Shown here: positions 36,707 to 50,217 of the stretch, in pieces | Layout of the letters: every line of letters begins with the position of its first letter | Position numbering within the stretch: the first letter of the stretch is position 1 | From: Piromyces finnis finn | Lineage: Eukaryota > Fungi > Neocallimastigomycota | DNA: 64,000 nucleotides | Direction: 5' to 3' | Assembly: GCA_002104945.1 (NCBI GenBank) | Contig: MCFH01000041.1 | Coordinates: forward strand, 310,001 to 374,000 | Program-made: the position numbers and the translations under genes | Notes under the pieces: model-generated | Databases searched by the model: none | The model's input: the letters and a program-made list of their open reading frames with translations, nothing else | What the model was told of the DNA's origin: nothing

Positions 36707-38741
36707 TATTAACAAAAATTAACAAAAAAGAGTTTGCTATTATTATTTCTTTATTATTTGCTTATTAAATTTTGTATTATTATTTCAAATAATAATTATC
36801 TTATTTTTTATTTAGTTATTTAATTTTTCTTCTTTTTAACTTTTTTATTTCGTAATAAATATTAATCTTATAATATTACAATTATTATTATTATTGCTGT
36901 TGCTGAAATTAATAATTTATTTCTATTATAAACAAAAAAGTATTTTGAGTTATATACATAATTTTTTTTTTTGCTTCAATTTATTAAATATGTTTTATAA
37001 ATTTATTATAAATTAATATATAATAAATATTAAATTATGATAAATTTAAACATAAAAGCTTACGATATATTTAATACCAATTTATTTTAAATTGATTAAT
37101 GTTGGTTTTTATATTATATATATTTAAAAGTTTTTTTTTTCTTTGAAATATTTAAATATTTTGAAAATATAAAATCTTTTTATAAATTTTCAAATTAAAT
37201 TATAAAAAAAAAAAAAATCAAATTTTATATTATTTATTTGATTAGTTATTAGATAGTATAAATTATTATTTAGTATTTTTATATTTAATATCGTTTATTT
37301 GTATATTTATATAAAAATCTTTTTTTTGTAAAATAATTGAAAAAAAAATAATAATTTGTTAAAATTTTCTTATAAAATAAAAGAAATAATAATATCTAAT
37401 AATTGAAATTTTATAATATTTTTATTTTAGTAAATAAATGTTTCAATTTTAATTTTATATATTGATTTTAAATAAATAAATAAATAAAAAAAAGATATAT
37501 ATTTTTTATTAAACAATATAATAAATTAAATTTAAAATCTTTTTTGTTTTTTCTTAGAATACTTTTTATTAATTTCCTTTTCTTTATTTTTAGTAAAGAA
37601 AAGTATCTTTTATTAACAATAATAATGTTAATTACAATATTAAATTAATACTATTTTTCTTTTTCTTTTTCTTTTAATTATAATTTTTATAATAACTAAA
37701 TTTTGGTGTATTTTGTTTTAAGGAAAAAAAAAAAAAAAGTTTTCAAATTATTAAATACTTTTTTCTCGAATAAAAAAATTTAATTAATAATAATTAATAT
37801 TTACCAATGAAAGTTTAATGTATTCATAATTAATTCCAATAAATAGTAAAGTAGGTTGATTATACATTTAATATTTATTTTGTATCTATTAATATATATC
37901 AATTACATTATTATTTATATATTACATAATATATAAATTATTTATCAATCAATAAAATTACAATAATGGCCATTATCAAAATTTTAAAAATAATAATTGC
38001 CATAGGATAAATCTATAGGAAATAGAATTGATATAAAAAAGCTAAACCACTCTTTGTAATAGTTAAACTTCATTAAAAAGAAGGAATAATAAAAAGATTA
38101 TAGGAAAAAAAATAGAAATAGAAATAATTATAAAAATATAGTATTATTTACATTAATGTTACTTTATCACACTATTTTAATATTTACTTTATTTATTATA
38201 ATAGGATATAATATATATTAAATTTTGTATCAGTCTAATTATATATATTACCTATTATGCCTATTCCTAGGCATTAAATATAATATAAAGTTTATTGATT
38301 ATGAATTGAAAGTATTTTTGTTATTTACCTTAGTATCAGAACAATAAAAGATAGGAATTTGAATGATATTGAAGAGATAATATTTAACATAATACTGTAT
38401 ATTGGTATGTTGTTAAATATTAAATGGTAAAACTAATGGTATAATAAATTTAACAAAAAAAAAAATTTTTTTTTTTAACCTATTCATCCTATTCCTATTT
38501 AATTATATAAAATTATTTTTGTCAAAAAATTAATTTAATACTATTGAAATGTTTTTTTTTTTTAAAATTTTTTTAGATATAAAAATATCATTATTTTATC
38601 ATTGTTATTGTTGTTAATGAATTGAATTTCCAATATTAAAATCGAACATTATAAATATAATAATAAAAGATTTATTTGCATTTTTATTCATTGTTATTAT
38701 TATTTTTAATTTAATTTGATAAAAAACAAAGCATATTTAAA

Positions 38742-40046
38742 ATGAGTGGTTCATCAATTGATAATTCATATTCAAATCTTTCTTCCGCAACAACTCCTTA
38801 TACTCAAACAACAGCTTTGACAATATCAGATAAAATGGAATTTGAAAAAGTTAATGGAAATGCCAATGAAGTTTCTGATAATTCTTCTTTAATACAAATT
38901 CAAAAATTAAATGAAATTGAAAAGGTTTTTTTTTTTAAACATTATTAATAATAATGAAAATGAAAAGAATTATAAATTATTGTATATAAATTAAAAATAT
39001 ATATATATATAAAATAAAAAATAAATAATATAATATATATTGAAAGACAGCGTTTTAATTTATGCCATTATTGTTATTTTTAAATTAAAATAGAAAATTG
39101 GTGAATTATTAAAAGTTGCAAGTCAAGCCATTTCAGTATTATCTGGTGATGAAGATGAAAGTATAAAAGTTAGTTTTGAAGATTTAACTGTACAATACTT
39201 GGAATTGGTTAATGTAAGATATTTAAATTAATTTTAATAATAGTACAATTTAATTTTAATGAAAGTAAAATTCATAAATATAAAATGATAATTAAAAAAA
39301 AAAAATGATAATAATAATTAAAAATTTTAAAATATATTATGATTTTTATTATTATTATTATTATTAATATCATCATCCTTATACATTTTATGTATACATT
39401 AATTATAATATAAAAGGATATTCAAAAAGGTTTACGTGAAACCTTTAGATTTTTGACAAATACTGATATTGAAAGCACAAGTTTTACAACTGGTTTACCT
39501 TACATATCAAATACTTATGGCGAAGAAAAGGATCAAGAAATTTCAGTAAAAGTATTAGAACTAGTAAAAACAAAAATAAACACAATTTTAAATGCAATAG
39601 GTGATTCAATGCCATTAGCTAATAATTTATCTTCTTCAAGTATTTCATCAGGTACATCTAATATTAATATCCCTACTGGTCTAAATAATAAATTTTTAAA
39701 TTCACGGTATACTTCAAATGCTGAACTTATAGCAAGTTCATTATGTTCTTCAAACAATAATTCAAATGCAAACATTAAAGTTGACGATGAGTTAGCTAAT
39801 GATATAGCTTTTTTCAAAAAACCAAAAGTAAAAAAAGAAGCCAAAGATTTAATGGATATTGACAATAAAAAAATTATAAAATCAGAGGAAGAAAAAAATA
39901 ATACTATACAACCAGATGAAATAAAAAAAGATAGTAGTAAAGATGAAGAACGAAAAAAGGTTGAAGATGAAACAATAGATTTTTTGAATTTTAACAAACC
40001 AACAGATGAAAATACTAGTATAGATGATTTAGATTTAGACTTTTAA
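38742..40046 (+). CDS. MED11: Mediator subunit 11-like, 3 exons, with a low-complexity C-terminal extension
   Basis: Spliced QIQKLNEIEK|KIGELLKVASQAISVLS...YLELVN|DIQKGLRETFRFL...GLPYISNTYGEEKDQEISVKVLELVKTKI follows the MED11 pattern (RLxxLExIE...LxxQIxYL...PxxxSxYxxxKDxxxAxxxxxxxxxKL). Confidence 0.72.
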
Positions 40047-41860
40047 TAAAGATAAAAAGAAGATAAAATGAAAGATTTAATTTTTTTTATTAATTTATAA
40101 CTTTATTTATTCATTCATAGTATTAATTTTGTAAATAGAGTCATTCCTTTTTTTAATTAGTCATGATTAACCCATTTAATAAATATTTTTATTATAATTG
40201 AAAAAGAAAATACTAGTAATTATATAATTATTATAAAATCAATTATATATGATTGTATAAACGTATATAAAGATATATTTAAAAATAATATTATTTATTA
40301 TAGATATCCTAATTTTCCCCTTATAAATTATAAAAGTACAATAATAATTTATAATAGAAAATAAAAACACTCTATATATTATATAATTTTTGAATAAAGT
40401 TTAACTGATATTGATAATCAGTAATACATGAAAAGTTGTTATTTTAAATTCCTAAATTATAAAGTATTAATATTATAAAATTAATGAAAGATTATTAAAA
40501 AAATTCTTTTCATTTCTAGTTTTTGTAATGTAATAATATGTATATTAATATTCTTAATTATTAAATCATTATTAATATTAATATATAATAAATATAACAT
40601 TAGAAATATGATAAATATTTAGTATGAATATGAATATTTATATCAATCTTTGTAATAATTAGATGAATAATATAATTAATATATATAGGGTATATAGAAA
40701 TTCATTTATAATAATCATAATATTATTAGAAGAATGGAAGTTAAAAAAAAAAGGTGGAAATTGAAGAATAATAGAATGACAATAATAATACACTTTTTTT
40801 TTCTATAATATTTATAAAAAGGGACTTTTAAAAATTAAAATAGTTAAAAAAACTATTTTAATTTTTAATACATATGATTCTATATAATATAATAAATAAT
40901 AATCATATGATATATCATGTGTTAAGACATAAACTCTATTTAAATTCATTACTTACATAAATTTCCATAAAGAAGTCTGTACTTTCAATTTAATATATAA
41001 TAAGCTTTTAATTTAAATTAATATAATATAATTAAAAAAGTTAGATATTATTGGATCTTGAGTATTCTTAAATGCAATTAAAAATTCATATATTATAATA
41101 TATAGAAATATATGAAAAAAAGGAATTAATTTAAACCGAATTGACTTTTTTGTATGCTGAAAAAAAAAATACAGATTTATAGAAATCTTTTTTTTTGATT
41201 GACATAAATCTCAAGTTTTTTTTAAAAAAAAAAGGAATAGGAATAGGGATATATGAACATTATAAATTATATATTTTTTATAGATAATGATAAATAGGAA
41301 TGATGTACTATATTTAATATTATAATGGTATTATTATTATATAACTTAATTAGTTAAAAATCGTTTTGTTCTTTTTGTATGCTGTGCATAAGAAATATTT
41401 AAGGTTTTCTGTTTAAAAAATTTTATTAATTAATAATTCAAATTGAAATTTTTATAAAAATTTGGAAAGAATGAAATTTTTATTTTTTTTTTTTTTTTAA
41501 AAAAAATTCTTTGGTTTTGTTTGAATTGGAATTAGAAATTTAATTGTTAATGATAGAAATATATTTTCTTTCATTTATTATTAATAAAATTTCTAAATAA
41601 ATAAATAAATAAATAATATTATTTACATTAAAGAAAGAATAAAAAATATCTACTTTTTCAAATATTTTATATACCATAATTTATAAAAATAGTAATATAT
41701 GAAGAAGAATAAATAATTTTAAATAAAGAAAAAAGAGATTTTTTTTTTTTTTTTTTTTCAAAAGATTGTATATAAATATTTTTATTCATAATATGAATAA
41801 ATATGTAAAAATAATCTCCAATTTCAAACTAATAAATATGCATTACATTCATAATAATTA

Positions 41861-41899
<39 letters not shown>

Positions 41900-41900
41900 A
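41861..41900. repeat. (AAAT)n tetranucleotide microsatellite
   Basis: Read directly from the sequence. Confidence 0.9.
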
Positions 41901-42790
41901 CAAATATCATAAAAATAGTAATTAATTATAATAAAAATAAAACACCCTTGTCAGTAAATTTAAAAATAAAGTAAAAAAAAAAAAAAAACTAAACAAAATT
42001 AATAAATAGGAAATATCTTATATTTACTTTTCCCCCTATCACTTCTTTTTTTTCTTTTTCTTTCATTTCTTTTCTTTTCTTTTTTTTTTTTTATAAAAAA
42101 AAAAGGTAAGTAAAAACTTTTTTAAATTATATTATTATAGCATAATTACTATATATTTTGAAATTTATTATACAATTATAATATTTATTTTTAAAGATTA
42201 TGAATATTATATTACACAATTATATATACTTTTTCATTTTATTTGAATCAAGTATTTAATTATTAATAAATATATTTTATTTTATTTATTCTCAACAACA
42301 ATAATAATATCAACAAATTATTAAATTCAATAATTAAAATTATTTAGCTGAAATTAGGGTATAAAGTAATTTCGAAAACTCATAAAATTATACATTAAAT
42401 ATAAAAGTATATATTCTTTTACATATAAGAAAAAATGTGTTTAACATTAAAAAAAAAAAAAAATCCAAAAAAACAGTAAAAAATTAATTTAAGAGAAAAT
42501 CTTCCCATTACAATTATTAAACAACAATTATAAACAATTTTGCCAATATATATGCATAAATCAAAAATTTGAATTCAAGTAATTTGTGTTACAATTTATT
42601 ATTTATTTATTGTAAGTATTTCTTAATTGACTAATTAACTGATATATATTTTATAGTTTTGTAAAATATATCAAAATATAGAAATTTATTAACAATTTTT
42701 CATTTATATATTATAATGCAATATTGATTTTTCTAGTATCATTTGCAAATTGAATTTATAAATTCTATATATTAACTAACTATTTAAACA

Positions 42791-45700
42791 ATGGAAATAA
42801 AAAATAATTATTTTAAAAAAACCTTGAAATCTTTTCAAGGATTTCTACGAAAACTAATAAACAATAAAATTTATTGTATTATAAATGTTATAATTATTAC
42901 ATTAAACATTATAGCCATGTCTGATGGAAAACATAATAAAAATTATGTTCCAAAAAATATAATTGAATATTTTTTACAATCAGATAATATATTTACAGTT
43001 TTTTTTATTATAGAAAGTTTTTTATCAATAGTAGCTGATGGACTTTATAAATCAGTAAAAAGTTTGTGGGGTTTATTTAATATTTTTATTTTTATATCAA
43101 GTATTTTAACACTTTGTGGTTTAACAAATTTATCACCATTACGACTATGGATCATATTGAAATATCTCTCACGTATACCATGTAAGTTTTTTTTTTTTTT
43201 TTTTTTCCTATTTTGAAATTGAATGAGTTTTGATTAGGAATTTACTAAATATTAATTTATTATATTATATTACATACATATTTTACATAAATAGTATTTA
43301 GCGACATCGAAATGATTTTAAAAGCACTAAAAAAGTCATTTAGTGTATTGAGGGATATTGCTGTATTTGCTATTTTTATTTTCATTTGTTCTGGAATTGT
43401 TGGTGTTTCTCTATGGGGTGGAAAATTTAAATATCGATGTATTAATAGTGAAAATGAATTTTATGATGAGGATTTAGTTTGTTCAATTAACCCAAAATCA
43501 GGTTATCAATGTCCTTACGGCTTCCAATGTACAAAAGTAGACCATAATCCAGCTTATAATACCATGGGATTTGATAATATATTACAAGCATGGTTAACAG
43601 TATTTCAAGTAAATAAAATAATTATATTTAATTTTTTTCAATTCTTTCAATATATTAATATAAAATAAAAACATTATATATAAAGTTTAATTAATTATTA
43701 TTACTAAAATTATTTTTATTTTATTTTATTTATTTTTATATGTCAATTCTTGAAATAAAGATATTAACAACAGAAGGCTGGAGTGGCATAATGGTAAATG
43801 GAATAAATAGTACTAATTCATGGTCAATTATTTATTTCTTAATAATAATTATGCTTGGTAATTGGTTATTATTGCAACTTATTGTCGCTACAGTAACATC
43901 AAATTTAGAAAAATCAATAGAAAATAATGACGTTGATGTAATTGACGAAAGTAATAGCAGCGATATTAAAACAATAACAGAAAGTAGTGAATGTTTAAAT
44001 AAAATAGATAAGCGGAATTCAATGACTGATAGTGAAAAAAGTGTAGTATTATACAATTCAGAAACTAACAATCCAACTATTCCGACAAACCAAACAGTAA
44101 TTGATTCTGATATAAGTGATGAACCAAGTATAAAAACAGTTTCTATTAATGAAATTTCAACCGACAATAATAATCAAGAAATCTTATATACCTCAAATAA
44201 TGCAATTAATAGTTCTATTAATGTTCAAAGCATCAAAAGTAAATCAGAAAAAAGTCAAAGAAAAGTGACAGGTATACGTTCAAGTTTAATAAGAATATTT
44301 AAAAGTATTAAATTTGAATATTTTATTTTATTTGTAACTGCAGTAGATGTAATTGCTTTATGTTCAAATCATAAGGAAGCATCATTAAAATTTTCTAAAA
44401 TAACTCAAACCATTAGTTTAATTTGTACAATAACTTTTGGTGTAGAAATGATATTAAAATTATATGCTTTTGGTATCAAAAAATATATTAGTTCATATTT
44501 CAATATATTTGATGGATTAATTACAATAGCATCCATTGTAGAATTAATTATGCCACATAATCAAGGAATGTTAGTACTAAGAGTTATAAGAGCAATGAGA
44601 ATCTTCAGAATTAGTAAATTTTCTAAAAGTCTAATTGATTTGGCTTTAGTTATAAATGAATCATCTAAACAATTATTATCTTTAGCTGTAATATGGGTTG
44701 TTTCAGTTATTATTTTTAGTGCTATATGTATGCAGATCTTTAGTAATGATATGAATTTTGATGATGGTATTCCAAGAGCTAATTTTGATTCAATGAGAAA
44801 TTCCATTTTATCTGTAATCCAACTCTATACCGTTGAAAATTGGAATGATATTGAAGTTAGTGTTGCTAGAAGCAAAAATAGAGCCTATATTCTTGTACTA
44901 ATTGTTATTATTATTATTGGAGCTTATGTATTGTCACAAATTTTAGTAGCTATTTTGCTTAGTGCTTTTACTGAAAAAATAAAACAAGATATGGAACAGC
45001 TTTTGAAACAATATGTTGGGAAACAAGCAAAGTTTACCATAAAAAGAGCATTTAATGATTTATTAGAAAATGTAAAAGAAAAAAACATTACATTTTATGG
45101 AGATAATGATGATAAATCATATAAAGCTAGTGAGAGTACAAATTTTTTAAAACGCGTAAAGCACTCTTTTATTGATGATAATGATAGTAAGGACCAAAAG
45201 AAAAAGCAAACAGCTCTTGGTAATGTTAAAAAAAATAATTCCGAGCCATCTTTAGTTGAGTTAAATAAAAACTCATCTAATAATATGCTAATTCGTACAT
45301 TAAATAATAAAAGAAGCATATCAAATGCTGATCTATTAAAAAATCTTTCCAAACTTAATACAGATAATAACAATTACCTTGATATGGATGCTGAAATTGC
45401 ATACAACAATATATCTTCAAATAGCAATAGTAATAATAGTAGTAAAGAAAATAGTATTGCTAGTAGTAATACAAAATATGATAAAGATTCTTGTAATTCT
45501 AGTCAACTTCATAGAAGAAATATTAACCAATTCTTTAATGATGACACCACTTCTTTGAATTCTTCTGAATATTCAAGTCCTGTTACTCCTAGTACACCAA
45601 ATACTTTAAGTAGTCCAAGTAGCCCAACAAGTCAGTACAGTGTTGAATACAAGAAAGAAAATATATTTAAACGTTACTATTGCATTTACAGAGAAACACG

Positions 45701-48700
45701 ATTTGTAAAATACGTCCAAGATTTGTCTAAAAATAAAATTTATTTAACATTTATATATTTCTTTATTATTTCCAGTTGCATTTGCCTTATATATGATACA
45801 CCTGTACAAAAAAATCAAGAATTATTAAATATCTTAAGATATCTTGACATATTTTTCTCTGCAGTATTTTTCATTGAATTAATTATTAATTTAATTGCTA
45901 AAGGTGCTATCGTTGAAAAGAAAGCCTACCTGAGAAGCTTTGTAAATTGGATTGATGTAATTGTTATCATAATATCTATTATGAGTGCATTTAAAATAGC
46001 AGATTCCGTACATGTTTTTCGTGTATTAAGAGTATTAAGATTATTCCGTTTAGTAAAATTGCATGAAGGAATGCGTATTGTATTTATGGCTATTTGGAAA
46101 ACAATTCCTTCATTAGCAACTGCATTGATTCCATATCTATTCTTTTTAATTATCACTTCTGCTATGGGTTTATCAATGTTTGTTGGTGAAGGTTGGCAAT
46201 GTAATGATGATTCTGTTAAGAATCATATGGAATGTACAGGTACCTTTTTTGTAGATAATGGTACTTCAACAATAAGTCAAGACAGAGTATGGGAAAGATA
46301 TGAATTATCTTATGATAATATTTTAGATAGTATTCAGACATCTATGGTTATTACTAATCAAGAAGGATGGCCAGATATTATGTATCGTTTTATAGACTCT
46401 GCAGGTATTGATCAACAACCAATAAGGGATAATCGACCTGGAACTTCAGTTTTCTATATACTTTCTGTATTAATTGGTAATTGGATCTTTTTAGCTGTAG
46501 TTACTGGTATTACTTTCGATAATATGAAGCGTAATCAAGAGATTTTAAAAGGTTTACACCATCTTACTGACGGACAAAAAAAATTATTAGATTATATTGC
46601 ATTAATTATTTCTTATAAGCCAAAACCACCACCAGGTACTAAAAAAAGAACGTCATATCAACAAAAACTTTATAACTTTTTTAAAAGCAATATGTATGAA
46701 TATATTGCTTTTGTTGTAGTTTCTATTAATATTATTATTATGGCTATAGCAAGATCAGATGCCACAAAAGCAGAAGATTATATACAAATAATATCAGAAT
46801 ATGTATTTACTGGTATATACATTGTGGAAGTCATTCTTTTAATGTATGCTTATAGACCCAAATACTTCTTTTTTAATTATTGGAATATATTAAATTTGAT
46901 AATTACTGTTTTTGCAATCGTTAGTATTGTATCTCAAGCCTTTTCTCAACCCAATTATCTATCTGTATTAAGATTACTTCGTATTATTCGTTTGGTCAAG
47001 TTTGCTAAAGGTTTAAAAGCGTTGGCGTCTGCAATTATTTTTAATTTTTATCAATTGATGAATGTAACATTCCTTATGTTTATAACTTGCTGCATTTTTG
47101 GTATTATTGGTATGCATTCCTTTGGTGATATTGATTATAATAAAGCAAAAGCATTAAACGAGCATATCAATTTCTCCACTTTTCCAAAAAGTTTATTAAC
47201 AGTATTTGTATTCTCGACAGGTGAGAATTGGCCTGTAGCAATGACAGATTGTAGTGGAAGAAATTTAGTTGGTTGTGATCCAAATGTTGAAAATTGTGGT
47301 GTCTTTTGGGCTCCAGTATATTTCCTTTTGTTAGAAATAATATTTAATTGGATTCTTTTGAACAGTTTCATTGCTATTACTGTGGATACATTCTTAAATG
47401 TATTAAATGATTTAGATGAAATTAATAGGATAGAAACGATAACAAATACATTCCGTCAAATATGGTTAAAATATGATTTGGAAGGAAAAGGTGTAATTGA
47501 ATTTAAAGATATGCTTCACATTTATAGAGACTTCCATATACCCAATAATTATTTATGGGGTAAAAAAAATTCAGGAAAACCAATAAAACCCAGTATTCAA
47601 AAATTATTTAGAAATGTAATTGTATATAACAATAAATGTACTTATGCTGACGCATTAATGAGTATATTAAATTCATGGGTTGGAGAACAGTTACCAGATG
47701 ATATAAAATTAAAATATTGGAGAAAAAGAAATTGGGATAGGGTATATCGTTCAAGTCGTAATAATCCAATGAATAATTCCTTGGTAATGCCAAGTAAGGA
47801 ATATTATAAAAACATTAGAAGTAAAAATCGTGAATTGGAAAGAAAGCATAGAAAAAGCGAACTTTCAAAGTATTCTTCATCTGTTCCAAATTTAAATTCG
47901 AATTCTGAGAGTTCAATATTTTCTTCAAAAAATTATAATAGAAGTGATACTAATTATCATGTAAGACCAAATTTAAGAAGATCTGGAATTCAAAAGGCCA
48001 AAACTACTTCTGATCATAAATACTATAAAAAATCTAAATTATCAGAGATGGAAATTGACATATCAAGTTTACCAATGAAATCGTATGAAGAAACAATGAG
48101 AAATATTCCAAAATATGATGTTCCATTAAGTACTTCATTTTTATCAAATAACAATAAAAGCTCTTTAGTAACCACCCCAACTAGTAGTTCGACACCAAAT
48201 AGTAATAATGATTCAGTAATATCATCTAAAGTATTAAATAAAGGAAAAAGTGTTGAACCTGAAACTATTATGAATATAAAATACCATAATTCCGAAAATG
48301 ATAGTGTTGATAATACCACAAACCAAAATCTTACTTGTAATAGACCTATGTTTAGACTTGATTCCTTTATTAGTATTAATAGTAATATTCAGAGTATTCA
48401 TCATGTTAGAAATGACAGTAGCATCACTACTGATACCAGCATTAATACGGATAGTGATATAAATATAACCAATAGTGTAAGTAAAGAAAATCCACTAATG
48501 GTTGAAGGAAATAACAACAAACTTGCCATAAGAATTAATTCATCTGACTCAAATGCCAGTAGTAGTAACCCACACATTGATATTACTTATGAAATAAATA
48601 AACAAATTCATTCAATTGTTAAAAATAAAAATAATGCAAGTAATAAAATATTTGAAAATAATAATATAAAAAATAATCAAAAAGTATATAGATCATCAGA

Positions 48701-48977
48701 CACTCATTCTTCCGTTGCCTTTGATGATCACTCTCTATATTCAAATTCAAGTGGACATAGAAAGCCTAAAAAATATACTAGAGTATCTAGTTCAATACGT
48801 AATATACTTAAACCTTATAAAAAAGAAGAATATAATGAAGATGATGATTTTGATGTTTCAAAAGACGTATTACAATTTTATGTTGTATATGCAATATATC
48901 GTCTCCAAATTAAATTTAAAAGATCAAGAAAAACTAAAAATGGAAACAAACTTGAAGTCGTAGTAAAAAAGAATTAA
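42791..48977 (+). CDS. Four-domain voltage-gated calcium-channel alpha subunit, copy 1; exons 42791-43181, 43295-43608, 43761-48977
   Basis: Four 6-TM repeats. Pore loops TTEGW, TVENW, NQEGW and TGENW give an EEEE filter. R/K-x-x S4 in DII-DIV, EF-hand-like IWLKYDLEGKGVIEF, and a terminal IQ-like FYVVYAIYRLQIKFKR. Confidence 0.93.
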
Positions 48978-50217
48978 TTTCTTTTTTTTATTTTTATTTT
49001 TATTTTTATTTATTTATTTATATATATATATGTTTTTTTTTTTTTTTTAGTTAATTTAATTTAATTCTATAAGCTTGATATTTGATTATTTTATATTTAT
49101 TATTTATCTAAAACTATTTTATATATTAATCAATTATTAATATAATTAGATTAGTATTTTACAATCTTAATCTTCATCGTCTTTCTTTTTTTTTTTTTTT
49201 TTTTATTATCTTTTAAAAAAAATATAAAATAAAATTAAAAATAAATTATATATAGCAAATAATTATAGATTAAATCAATAAAATCTATAAAAAAAATACT
49301 TTAAAAAAATCTTTTTAAGAATACAATATGTCAAAGTGAGATAAAATATATAAAAACTAATAAGTTCACAAACAAATAAAGACAAAATATATAATTCTAT
49401 AAAATTAAGTATTTTAATCCAATCTAAAAGATGATTCTATTTCTAATAAATACTTCAATATTTAAAATAAGTTAAAATTGATATTTCTTTTTTAATTTTA
49501 TATTTTTCCTTTTAATTTTATTGTTAAAAAAAAAAAAAAAAAATTAATAATAATAATTATAACTATAATTATAGTATTTTTATATTCTTAAAAAAAATTA
49601 GAATATTTTTCAAGTGTTATAAATATATTTTAATCTAGTTTTTTTTTATATAAAGTAATAAATTGTTTGATCTTTTTTGATATTAACACAAAATTCCATT
49701 AGAAAAAAAAAAAAAAAGTTTTATTATGTTGAAGTTTAATAATTTAAAATACGATTAAGTTTTAAAATATATTTAATGTTTAAAAAGTAAAATAAACAAA
49801 TTTAACAAAATAAAGTATTAAAAATTCAAAAAATTTCTAATAGATTTATTTTTTTTTTTTGATTAGACAATAAAGGAATATTGATGTATATATTTTAGTT
49901 ATAGTAAATATAACTTTTTATTATTTTTTTAAAAAAAAAAAATATATTTTCAATATTTCAAAAAATTTATAATAATAATTAGAAAATAAAAAAAAAATAT
50001 TTATATCGACTTGTTAATTTTCAAAAGAAGATAATAGACTATTAAAATTTATATATTAATAGTAGAGTTATTACTTTATTATTAACTAAAATTTGGTCTA
50101 TAATCAAAAATAAAAAAAAAAATAAAATAAACGATATATTGTTTATTTTATAAAAAAACTTTTATGAGCTTTTTTTTTTCTTTTTTTTTTTTTTTATAAA
50201 AGATATATAAAGAAAAA

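Noticed and set aside
43832-48963. Several antisense or alternate-frame ORFs over the channel genes (similar ones lie over CSC1, PSY2, BTG and MED11)
   Set aside because: Shadow ORFs of long AT-rich coding exons.
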